Source: Azolla caroliniana (lineage: Eukaryota; Plantae; Polypodiophyta). Taken from it: a DNA stretch of 64,000 nucleotides. This document shows positions 53,630-64,000 of this stretch, in pieces; the first letter of the stretch is position 1; the number at the start of each line of letters is the position of its first letter. The notes under the pieces are model-generated. The model searched no databases, was not told where the DNA came from, and saw only the letters and a program-made list of their open reading frames with translations. The DNA lies in contig JBHGNT010000013.1 of NCBI GenBank assembly GCA_043228905.1, forward strand, positions 4,340,001 through 4,404,000, written 5' to 3'. Both the position numbers and the translations under genes were made by a program.

Positions 53630-53874
53630 GCCCTATGCACGTGATATGCAATTAAATCGGTTATTTTATTTTTACTTTTTCACGTAGTGTACGAAATACA
53701 CTACGACAACGTCGAGGTGACGCAATCCGAGCGCACCTGAGAATTGCCGCAACTTGTCCAAACCAAGAGGCTTGGTGAAGATGTCGGCAGTCTGCCGATC
53801 TGTCGGAACGTTGTCGTGAAGGATTTGCTTCACGATATAAAAATAAACTTGAATATTGTATTAAGTAACATTTG

Positions 53875-54273
53875 AGAGACTTGAACCCATAACCTCACAC
53901 ACCAAGGACGAAGCATATACCATTAGGATAAGTTATTTTCTATAGTTATATTTTTATCATACTTATGACATGTTTCTTCTACATTAGAGCTTAGATGAGC
54001 ATGATGGCTATCATGCATCACATGTAAAGCATGTGCGCCAAATGGCGATCATGCATCACATGCATCACATGCATTACATGCATGCCATGCACCCCCATAT
54101 CATCATATGCATGAGAGAACCTATAAAGAGAGGCAAGGAATTAAGGGATGAAGAGGGGGAAAATAGGGTAATCAATCAAGAGAGAGTGAAAAAAATAATA
54201 TAATCAATTGAAGAAGACTAGCTCATTGGGTGGAGAACCTCTCGTTTCGAAGTTGAGGTCGTGAGTTCGAATC
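53875..54273. promoter_or_regulatory. Divergent pair of tRNA-like A/B-box cassettes flanking a CATG-rich block and TATA box in the X LTR (repeated in the 3' LTR)
   Basis: Minus: TATCCTAATGG...GGTTCAAGTCT (53930-53877). TATA ctataaag ~54121. Plus: TAGCTCATTGG (54219) ... GAGTTCGAATC (54263). Confidence 0.7.
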
Positions 54274-54621
54274 AAGGGTCGGTAGAGAAAGGGTTCATCT
54301 TGCTACCAAACATTGTAAAGTTGGTAAAATCTTGTATTCGTAATACATATCATATACTTTTTTGTCTTAAATCATACTTTGTCTCTATCTTGCGTCTTGA
54401 ATCATACATTGCCTCTATCTTTTATCTATACTAGTCTCTCTCTCACACATATTACTTTAAACTATTATTCTTCATATCCTTTATCTTCCTAACATTTGCG
54501 CGCAAGCCTTATAAAAGTTCCTTCAACTCCCCTTAACCTTAGTCCCTGCAACTTCGCCGCACGAACCACAACTACCTCGACACATTTGGTGAACCCGACG
54601 TGAAGGCGGCGACGAGGAGAA

Positions 54622-56667
54622 ATGGAGGAGAAAATGAGGCTTATGTGTACGATGATGGAACGAGTGATGCGGGAACAAGGGATGATGGCAAGTATCGACA
54701 AAGCCGTTGACAATATTCTCGCACGAGTAGGAATCTTCGAAGGTATAAATTTAACAAGATTTCTGAAGATTTATAATGAAGAAATGCTTAAACGCGGTGT
54801 CGATGAAGCTGCAAAAATTAATAGCTTTAGTCGAGTCGTTGCGATTGGGCTACAAGAAAGGATCCAGGAGCTACAGAGGGAACATCAGACATGGGTGACT
54901 TTCGAAAGAGCATTGCTAAATGAATACAACCTCAACGATATGTCAAGGATGACAAGGCGAGCCTTCATGGATTGGGTAGAGTCTAATAAACATTTAAGTG
55001 TTTTGGAAGTATTAAAAGAGTTTTCTGAAAGATTTGAGCAACTAAATGTTAGAGATAGAAATATAATAGTGCCAGATAAAGTCATATTGTTTCTACAAGC
55101 TACTAATATTAAAGACAGGAAGGACTTAGGAATGCTTTTAGAAGATCAGAATAGTCCAAGTGGACTTACCGAAGACTGGGAGGAGGTGAAAAGGGTGTGC
55201 GCCCATTTCTGCAAAAGAAAGTTATGGTTTATGGAGTTGCCCGACAGAAATGATGAAGAAATGGGGAATGAGTCGGGAGAAAAGAAAGTAGAAGAATCAC
55301 TCTTACACGAATTGGTGAAAGGCATGAAAGACTTGTCGATCAAAGTGACGAAGCTAGAATCAGGACAAAGCTCGACTTCATCAAGGCAAGGAGGTGGAAT
55401 GGTGCGAAGGTGTATGTGGTGTGATAGTATCGACCACCAGAAGAAAGATTGTCAAGAGCATAGGGATGCTCTTAATCATAATAAAGTCTACTATCAAGAT
55501 GGCAAGATTCACTCGACAAAGACTCGACAACCACTTCAACTTAACTTCGGGCGAGGAGGAATGAAAAAGCTAATGGAAGATGCCGAGAGAGAAACGACTC
55601 AAGCGATACAATCCGTGGCAACCTTAGGATTGCGCGTAGAAGACTCATATGGTGGATCTGGCTTTTGGCAAGATGTGATGGATTATGCAAGAAAAGGGAA
55701 GGTTCGAGTGGATGAATTAAAAAGAGCGGGAGATGAAATACGAAACTTCACTGGATGGAATGATCCAGTAGACGCGCTATCAGCATTCGCCCAAGTGAAT
55801 GCACAAGATGTGCTAGTGGAAGAGAAGCGGAAGAGAGCTGAGGAAGCTAATCCGACAAAGAAACACGAGACACAAGAACAACTTCAGAGAAGAGAGATGG
55901 AAAAGAATGCTCATGGGTCGAAAGAAGCTGATAAAGTAAAAGGGAAGACAAACCCAACTTTCCAGCTTGCTTCGGACACAGAAGACGTGACAAATTTAAA
56001 ACACATCACGGAAGAAGTTACGAGAGTGTGTTCAGCAACACTCCAAGATCTAGATCGTGACACCATCAATGTTGCAAGAGTTAAGAAGATAAATAATATT
56101 GCAATTCATGAAGGGGACAAGAGTCATTATACAAGGAACCATTGTGCTCAAGCAACAACGGAGGTGCCTACAAAAATTGGGGAGCAACAGATTCCTTGTA
56201 TTTCTTTGATAGATCATGGATCGAAAATCAACATGATGTCGTTGAAATGTTATGCTGAAGGAAAGTGGCCAATCAATAAGCACCATGGGTTGAAGATAAG
56301 AGTTGTGACAAAGACAATGGAGGATCTATTTGGAGCATGTCCCAGTGTGAAAGTAACAATGGGAGATGTTTCGGTGGATGAAAATTACTATGCGCAAGAT
56401 GGATCAACCTACCCTGTCATCCTTGGTCAACCATACATCAGCGTAGTGAGTATGGAAACAAAGGATGGTGAACCATACATCAATGTAGTAAGGATGGAAA
56501 CAACTGTGATTAATGATGATTCAACTTTCGCGAGGATCAAGAGTCAGGATGGAAGGAAGAGGGACCATATCTTAACCATGACGCCTAACCATGAAAGAAA
56601 CAAAGAATGCTTGAGGGGACATCCAGTTCAGAAACGGAATGAAGAGTTTTTCCAAGACTTTGGATGA
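54622..56667 (+). CDS. Element X Gag (CCHC knuckle) + retropepsin-like protease, 681 aa
   Basis: Intact ORF; CMWCDSIDHQKKDC knuckle; LIDHGSKINMMS...YPVILGQPY protease motifs. Confidence 0.88.
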   Translation: MEEKMRLMCTMMERVMREQGMMASIDKAVDNILARVGIFEGINLTRFLKIYNEEMLKRGVDEAAKINSFSRVVAIGLQERIQELQREHQTWVTFERALLNEYNLNDMSRMTRRAFMDWVESNKHLSVLEVLKEFSERFEQLNVRDRNIIVPDKVILFLQATNIKDRKDLGMLLEDQNSPSGLTEDWEEVKRVCAHFCKRKLWFMELPDRNDEEMGNESGEKKVEESLLHELVKGMKDLSIKVTKLESGQSSTSSRQGGGMVRRCMWCDSIDHQKKDCQEHRDALNHNKVYYQDGKIHSTKTRQPLQLNFGRGGMKKLMEDAERETTQAIQSVATLGLRVEDSYGGSGFWQDVMDYARKGKVRVDELKRAGDEIRNFTGWNDPVDALSAFAQVNAQDVLVEEKRKRAEEANPTKKHETQEQLQRREMEKNAHGSKEADKVKGKTNPTFQLASDTEDVTNLKHITEEVTRVCSATLQDLDRDTINVARVKKINNIAIHEGDKSHYTRNHCAQATTEVPTKIGEQQIPCISLIDHGSKINMMSLKCYAEGKWPINKHHGLKIRVVTKTMEDLFGACPSVKVTMGDVSVDENYYAQDGSTYPVILGQPYISVVSMETKDGEPYINVVRMETTVINDDSTFARIKSQDGRKRDHILTMTPNHERNKECLRGHPVQKRNEEFFQDFG

Positions 56668-57478
56668 ACTTTGCTGTAACTAGTGTGCAAGTTCAGAGGG
56701 GGTGGGTGTCGTGAAGGATTTGCTTCACGATATAAAAATAAACTTGAATATTGTATTAAGTAACATTTGAGAGACTTGAACCCATAACCTCACACACCAA
56801 GGACGAAGCATATACCATTAGGATAAGTTATTTTCTATAGTTATATTTTTATCATACTTATGACATGTTTCTTCCTACATTAAAGCTTAGATGAGCATGA
56901 TGGCTATCATGCATCACATGTAAAGCATGTGCGCCAAATGGCGATCATGCATCACATGCATCACATGCATTACATGCATGCCATGCACCCCCATATCATC
57001 ATATGCATGAGAGAACCTATAAAGAGAGGCAAGGAATTAAGGGATGAAGAGGGGGAAAATAGGGTAATCAATCAAGAGAGAGTGAAAAAAATAATATAAT
57101 CAATTGAAGAAGACTAGCTCATTGGGTGGAGAACCTCTCGTTTCGAAGTTGAGGTCGTGAGTTCGAATCAAGGGTCGGTAGAGAAAGGGTTCATCTTGCT
57201 ACCAAACATTGTAAAGTTGGTAAAATCTTGTATTCGTAATACATATCATATACTTTTTTGTCTTAAATCATACTTTGTCTCTATCTTGCGTCTTGAATCA
57301 TACATTGCCTCTATCTTTTATCTATACTAGTCTCTCTCTCACACATATTACTTTAAACTATTATTCTTCATATCCTTTATCTTCCTAACATTTGCGCGCA
57401 AGCCTTATAAAAGTTCCTTCAACTCCCCTTAACCTTAGTCCCTGCAACTTCGCCGCACGAACCACAACTACCCCGACA

Positions 57479-60400
57479 ACGTACTGAAGTTCGACTTCAC
57501 CGGAATGGACACGCTCATGGACGAAATGGTAGTGCACCTCAATGTGCTTGGTCTGTGCGTGGAAAACGGGGTTTTTCGCGAGCTGGATGCTGCTGAGGTT
57601 GTCGCAGTAGATCGTCGTCGGATCTGACACCTCCACTTGCAGGTCCTTAAGTAGCCGCTTCAACCATATGGCTTCGCATGTCGCGACAGCCGCTCCTCGG
57701 TACTCAGCTTCGGTGCTCGACAGTGCAACTGTCGGCTACTTCTTACTGCTCCACGCGAGCGCGGCACTCCCGAGGGAGAACGCGTATCCGGACGTGGATC
57801 GGCGATCGGCGGCGTTGCCAGCCCAATCAACATCGGTGTAGCCGACTAACTACGCGGCTGCACTGGTCCGATATAGCAGTCCTCGGTCCTTAGTGCCGTT
57901 GACATACCGAAGTATGCGTTGCGCACACTGAAGGTGCTCCTTGGTAGGTCGCGCCATGAACTGATTGATCACTCCGACCGGATAACTGAGGTCAGGTCGG
58001 TTGATGGTCAAGTATATGAGGCTTCCGATAATTTGTCGGAACCTCGTCGGGTCGCATACCTTTCCCGTATCGGGACGAAGCTTGATGGTTCTGTCCAAAG
58101 GAGTCGAGACGGACTTACAGTCGGCCATCCCGAATTTGAAGAGCATACTCAGCACGTAATGACGTTGGCTGATCAATATGCCTTCGGGGGAACGGATCAC
58201 TTCGATCCCGAGGAAGTAATGAAGGTCCCCCAGATCCTTCATGTCGAACGATGCCGCAAGCTGGAGCTTCACGTAGTCGATTTCACGTAGGTCGGCGCCG
58301 GTGATGACCAAGTCATCAACATATAGTAAAATACTAACCGGTCCGAGTCGACCTTTCCGGATGAACAGGGAAGAGTCCGATTTGGACGTGACGAAGCCCA
58401 TCCGACGTAGTTGTTGCGTGATCTTCGCGTTCCAGGCACGCGGGGCTTGCTTTAGTCCGTAAAGGGACTTCTTTAGTGGGCATACTGCCGAGGAGTTCGT
58501 TCTAGAGTGAAATCCGGGGGGCTGTACCATGTACACCTGTTCCTCAAGGTCACCTTGTAGGAACGCATTCTTTACATCCATTTGATGTAAGTGCCACCCC
58601 TTGGCCGCGGCTACTGCGAGCAAAACACGGACTGTCGTCATTTTCGCGACCGGCGCAAACGTCTCATCGTAGTCGATGCCGTGTTTCTGCGCGTAGCCTT
58701 TTGCCACTAGTCGAGCCTTGTACCGGTTGACCAAGCCATCGGTGTTGTACTTGACCTTGTACACCCACCTACACCCGATCGGTTTTACCCCTCTTGGTGC
58801 ATCAACCAGGTCCCAGGTCTCGTTCTCCACCAATGCGTGCATCTCTTCCTCCATCGCGGCATGCCAATTGGCGTCTTTAGCCGCTTCTGCGTAGCTCTCC
58901 GGCTCACGCACTTCCGCTACACGGGTCATGTATGCATAATGATGCACCATGTACTTGTTGTATCCGAACCACAAAACAGGGTTCTTGTGGCGGGTAGATC
59001 GGCGTAATCTCACATCAGCCGATGTCGAGGCCTTCTCGGTCGACGCGGACTTCACCTTTAAAGTCCCGTTACCGGTTCCCTCGGAGTCGGACTCGCGTCG
59101 GTCTGACTCGTTCCTATCCGTGCCAAAATCCGACACCTTCTTCTTCCCTTTCTCTTTGCGCGTAAGCCGTCTCCTCGGCTTCCTGCGCGGGGAATGCACG
59201 ACCGAGTCTCCACTACTCGCCGGCTCTTCATCGGACTGGTCGTACCGACTCAGTCGTCCAATTCGTCCACTTAACTGGAGTGAAATCGGACTCTCTTCGC
59301 GGGTCTCGATTTCGGGCTCATCCGGAGGCATCTTGGCCTCGCTGACCCCATCGTCAGAGCTCGGATTGGAGGCGAGGTTTGTAATTGGGGGCAGGTACCA
59401 GGACGCGAACTCGTCAAACACAACGTCGCAACTGACATGCGCTTGTTTGGTGCGAGGGTTATAGCACTTATAACCCTTCTGCTCGTCCGAGTAACCGACC
59501 AAGATGCATTTCTCGGCCTTTGCGTCTAGCTTCCTCCTTTTCTCCTTCAGTATATGCACATACGCAATGCTACCGAACACGCTCAAGTGTTGCAAGTTCG
59601 GCTTCGTTCCGAAATATAGCTCGTGCGCCGACACTTTGTCTCCGATCCGGTTCTGGATGTATACCGTGGTCCTTACCGCCTCGGCCCAATAGAACTTGGG
59701 CAAGCTCTTCTACTCCAGCATTGCCTGTGCCGCTTCCACAACTGACCGATTCTTCCTCTCGGCCACGCCGTTCTGCTCTAGCGTGTATCTACAACTGAAT
59801 TCGCGCCGAATTCCCATTTGTTGTAGATAACCGTTGAATTGACCGGAAAAGTACTCTTTCCCGCCATCTGACCGCGGGCACTTGATCTTTCGTCCCGTTT
59901 CTGTTTCCACGAACCCTTTGAGGTCACGGAAACAGTCGAAGACTTCGCTCTTCCTCTCAATGAGGTAGACCCACGTGTGCCGCGTGTGGTCGTCGATGAA
60001 GGAGACGAAATATCGGCTCCCGCCAAGACTAACATTTTGTGTCGGCCCCCACACATCGGAGTGTATAAGGTCGAGCTTGTTCCGGCTCCGGTTTCGCTCG
60101 TTTGGGAAAGGAAGTCGGTGTTGCTTCCCGAGCTGGCAGGCTTCACAAACTTGTGCCTTTCGGCCACTAAATTTGGGCAATCCGAACACTACCTGTTTCG
60201 ATTGCAGATCTTGAAGCCGCTGGTAGTTGACATGGCCTATCCGCTTGTGCCACAAGTCGATGTCCGACTCGGGTTTTGTTCCCTTCGCGAAGATTGCGGT
60301 GCCACCATCAGTGGAGTCGAGGATGAACATCCTCCCGTCTCTGCGCCCTTGCGCAATCACACGACCTTCTTCCTCAATGAAGCACCCGAGGTGTGTAAAC

Positions 60401-61650
60401 CGAACCTCCATCCCTTGGTCGACGATCTGTCCGACCGAGACCAAGTTCTTCATGATTGTCGGAACGTGCAGCACGTTCATGAGTTTCCCTTTCTGCCCGA
60501 CATGGCTAAGGGGAACTTCTTCGACATTCACGATCAGATGCGGAGTGTCGTCTCCTGTTGCGACTACTCCAGGTTGTATCAGTTTTTCCAGGTACGAGAA
60601 CCACTCCTTATGGCTCGTCATGAGGTTTGATGCGCCAGAGTCTACGTACCACACCTCGTCCGATCTCAGGGTGGTCCATTTCATTGAGTTTGTTTCGTGT
60701 CTCGTCACGAAGGCAGACCCTTCTCCGGCTCTCCCGGAGTCTTCGGCGTAGTGCGATCGCTGCCAATTTCCCTTGTCGGTATGTCCGGAACCGGTTCTCT
60801 CCGAATCGGCGCGCTTCTTCCAACACTCACTTTCCCTGTGGCTTTTCTTGCCACATTACCAGCACTCTGCGATGGCCTTCCCTTGCCGGTTCTCATCGCT
60901 TCGACTCCCCCTGTTTCCGGAGGGTCCGGAGTTGTTGTCGGCATCACTTCGGTGCCTTCTTCCTTGATCTCGTCGGCCGCCTCCATTGCGTAGCGACTCG
61001 CCTCGTCCGCCACGACCACGGGGCCTTTCTCCCTCTGTGTACAACATCTTGCTATCGGTCTGCATGCTCGTCGACGCACCCCTGTGGTTCTCCTCTACCA
61101 GGAGCATTGACTGTAAGTCGAAAAAGGACGGCGTATTCTCCCGGGTACACACAGCCGTTCGGAACGCTCCAAACTTCGACGCCAAACCTCCGAGACAGAT
61201 CTGGACCATCTCGCTCTCCTCGATGTTCACCTCTATGGAGGCGAGGGAGTCGCAGATATCCTTGATCTTCGAGGTATAGTCCGACATCGACAAGTCACGT
61301 TGTCGTAGGTTGCTCAACTTCTGTCGGAGCTGGAGCTTCCTGGCTGTGGTGCTCGCGGCGAAAATCTTCTTCAGATTTTCCCACGCACCCTTCAGCGTCT
61401 TTGCATCCCGAACATAGCTCAATAGTTGTTCGCCCACACACGATGCGAAGCAGTATAGTACCCTTCTCGCCGATTGCTCCCACGACGGGAAGTCTCTGTG
61501 TGTCGATTCGGGTGCCGCGTAATTAGCTCCTTCGACATAACTCCAGTAGCCGTGCCCGAGCAGGTACTGGTGCATCTTGTAGGACCAAGACACGTAGTTG
61601 GTTCTATCGAGCTTCTCTGTTGGAAGCGAGCTCGCCATGCCTCTATCCAT
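57479..61650 (-). pseudogene. Copia B gag-pol polyprotein with a few stops/frameshifts (tail continues at 53709-53811 and ~50110-50136)
   Basis: ORFs 60856-61650, 59710-60708, 57850-59703 and 57385-57663 in gag-PR-INT-RT-RH order. Confidence 0.9.
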
Positions 61651-63621
61651 CGTTCTTCTTGTTCTTCTTCGTCAAGCTGTGTCGGCTGCAGAGAGGTTCT
61701 CAACCCTCGCGCTCTGATACCATGTAAAAAGTAGTGTGCGGAAGGAAGTATGAAGACTGAACAGAAGGAAGAACACTCAGGTTTAATGGAGAGCTTGAGC
61801 TTACGTAGTATACGCAGGAGAGACAAAGAGTAAGAGAGAGTGAGAAAACACAAGAACTCTATTCAACAACAACTCAAATCTCTATTCACCACTCTATACA
61901 CATGTGTGTTCCATGAACACTTTTATACAAGTCCTCGAAGGACTGACCGAAGTACTGACGGTACTTCAATGCTCATTAAGAGCTCCTACACTAACTCCCA
62001 AACATATTCCTCACGGAATATCTTTCCTAACGGCCTCCCGATTTACATACTCGGCCTAACCGATCAGTCCCAACCGATCCGGTCCTCGGTTTCTTCAGCC
62101 GATCCGGCCGATGTTGAGCTTGTCTCTCAACAATAGGTCATCACGTACCTTGACGTGGTTTGGCTCGAGTCGACATCTCCCGACATGACCGAATCGGTAA
62201 AACCTTCTAGCACAGGTTTTTCGACACCATACCTTAGGCACACCCCTGGGGTTCCCTTTAAGTACCTGAGTATCCACTTCACTACTGCCCAGTGTTCTCT
62301 CCCTAGATTACTCATATATCGGCTTACTGCTCCTACATCAAATGCTATGTCTGGTCTCGTACAGACCATAGCATACATTAGACTGCCGACAGCCGAGGCA
62401 TACGGTACCTTCCTCATCTCGGTCTTCGCCTTCTCCCCTCTCGGGCACTACTTTGCATTTAACCTACAATTTGTTGGCAACACTGAGCCGACCGTCTTTG
62501 CGTCCGACATGTTGAACCTTTCTAAGATCTTCGTCACATACTTTTGTTGTGACAACCATAGCACCCTTTTGGTTCTGTCCCAAACTATGTGCATGCCCAA
62601 GATTTGCTTAGTTTTCAAGGCAAACGATTTGCCGAGTGCTTTCTTCAAGCTTCCAAACTTCCTTGTATCTTGACCGAATATCAACATGTCATCAACATAT
62701 AACAAGAGAATTAAGAAGTCTCCTTCTTCGTACCTTATGACGAACACACAGTGATCGGCCCGTGTTCTCTGGAACCGGTGTTCCATCATGAAGGACTCGA
62801 ACTTCTTGTACCATTGGTGTGGAGTTTGTTTCAGACCATAAAAGCTTTTTTTCAGTCGACACACCAGGTTCTCTTTCCCTTTCTCCTCAAAGCCTTTAGG
62901 TTGCTACATATAGATTTCTTCTTCTAGCTCCCCGTGCAGAAATGTGGTTTTGACATCCAATTGTTCAATCTCCAGATCCATACTGGCCACTATGCTCATA
63001 ACAGTTCAAATGGATGTCATCTTCATGACTGGTGCAAATATTTCGTCAAAGTCGACGCCCTTTTTCTGTTGAAAACCCTTCACCACTATGCGGGCTTTAT
63101 ACCTGGGGTCACTGTCGGCTTCTCCAGTCTTCACTTTGTAGACCCATTTATTCCTGAGTGCTCTCTTACCTTTCGGCAGCTCTACCAGGTCGTAGGTGTA
63201 ATTCTCGTGGAAGGATTCCAACTCAACTTGCATCGCGCTCAACCATTTCTCTCTATGCTCGTCGGCAATGGCTTCTTCATAGCACTCTGGTTCACCTTCA
63301 TGAGTCAAGAGGTTGTATTGGCTACCATATGTAGTCGGTGCTTTCCTCTCCCTGACTGGGTATTTTCTTCCACACGTTGTTGGATCTCTTTTGGTTGTCT
63401 CTGCCAACTCTTCTCTCTGTTTGGGATTCTACTCGTCAATCGGCCTCTCCTGGTTGGACAACTCCAACTCATATTCATCAATTGGGCTATCTCGGTTCCT
63501 CTCATGATTAGCTCGCACTATCAAGAATTGAACCGACTTTTGACCGTCAAGACTCTTCACCCGAGCGAATGCTGCTCCACTATCAAACACCTTAGTCTCC
63601 ATCCTTGATGATGTTATGTCG

Positions 63622-63955
63622 TGTGGAGAATAGACGCGGAATACTGCTCGGCCACAACCGAGTCCTATATCACTTCGTTTAAGGATCAAATACAGAAATG
63701 GGAATAGAGATGAATACTTGTACACCAAAAGAAAGTACACATGATGTTTACATGGAAAACCCTAATAGGGAAAAACCACGGGAGCCCACAGACTCCAAAC
63801 TATCACTACATGAGAAAGGTACAATCAGAGACTCGGAGGCAATGACCTCAAGTTCTGTTTCTTCGCCAAGCGGTGGTTACAATAGAGTATCGCTCTATAT
63901 CTCCTCTCTCTCTCTCTATTACTCTCTATACAACAGTTATACACATACAACAATA
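63622..63955 (-). mobile_element. LTR of the 20755-21302 family inserted in copia A
   Basis: TGTGGAGAATAGACGCGGAATACTGCTCGGCCACAACCGAGTC... matches 20755 onward. Confidence 0.8.
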
Positions 63956-64000
63956 TGTTGGGAATATGTGCCTCTAGTGGGAGGAGGAACCGATTATCCA
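63956..64000 (+). mobile_element. Start of another copia-A-family LTR nested in the preceding LTR (cut by window end)
   Basis: TGTTGGGAATATGTGCCTCTAGTGGGAGGAGGA matches the reverse complement of 48735-48767. Confidence 0.7.

Larger units (their letters stand above)
50137..53708 (-). mobile_element. Element Y: non-autonomous gag-only LTR element (LTRs 53006-53708 and 50393-51095, plus an extra partial LTR 50137-~50385), TSD ACGT
   Basis: 703-bp LTRs with only 1 difference noticed; tRNA-Trp PBS 52985-53001; PPT ~51096-51107; no RT/RH/INT; acgt at 50133-50136 and 53709-53712. Confidence 0.92.
53812..57478 (+). mobile_element. Element X: non-autonomous gag-protease LTR element (LTRs 53812-54582, 56707-57478), TSD ACGT
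   Basis: ~771-bp LTRs with ~3 differences by eye; PBS TGGTGAACCCGACGTGA 54587-54603; PPT agagggggtggg; no RT/RH/INT; removing it restores copia LQYVP. Confidence 0.95.
49182..62132 (-). mobile_element. Ty1/copia element B, full-length (LTRs 61723-62132 and 49182-49591), TSD ATAGG
   Basis: PBS tRNA-iMet TGGTATCAGAGC (61711-61722); gag 61650-60856, PR WYVDSGAS, INT, RT YVDD, RNaseH; ~13 differences between the 410-bp LTRs by eye; hosts elements X and Y. Confidence 0.95.
48250..63621 (-). mobile_element. Ty1/copia element A (3' LTR 48250-48767, RNaseH ~48790-49181, RT 62138-~63600); 5' part beyond window
   Basis: TGTTG...CCCAACA LTR next to a PPT; SWKSRLQKSVALSTIEAE, YVDD, KVPYASAVGSLMY, RYKARIVVKGF; interrupted by copia B (TSD ATAGG). 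Confidence 0.9.

Noticed and set aside
53571-53640. Bona fide tRNA genes at the A/B-box cassettes (also 3011, 26000, 36459, 47702, 54219)
   Set aside because: No acceptor stem or convincing anticodon arm, and all lie in or beside TE sequence, so they are treated as promoter-like cassettes.
57919-63608. Many + strand ORFs (e.g. 59977-60630, 60627-61265, 62934-63608)
   Set aside because: Antisense shadows of GC-rich copia coding sequence with no recognisable domains.

Overview
Eukaryotic, TE-dense plant genomic DNA, most likely from a fern or other seed-free plant (inferred from the TE lineages, not proven). Host genes: a two-exon nuclear gene for mitochondrial complex I subunit PSST/NDUFS7 (+, 7430-11757) and a tandem array of three purple acid phosphatases on the - strand. 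Two PAP copies are complete 8-exon genes with a conserved GC-AG first intron; the third shows only exons 4-8 in this window. The rest is layered TEs: a full-length L1-type LINE (22645-39493) carrying four insertions, and a nested copia stack (48250-64000). The most unusual signal is a family of tRNA-Trp-primed LTR elements encoding only Gag or Gag+protease. They have TGTCG...CGACA ends, make 4-bp target duplications (ACGT at three sites) and carry tRNA-type Pol III A-box/B-box cassettes in their LTRs. Similar cassettes occur three times inside an unrelated foldback DNA transposon. All coordinates and comparisons were made by eye.
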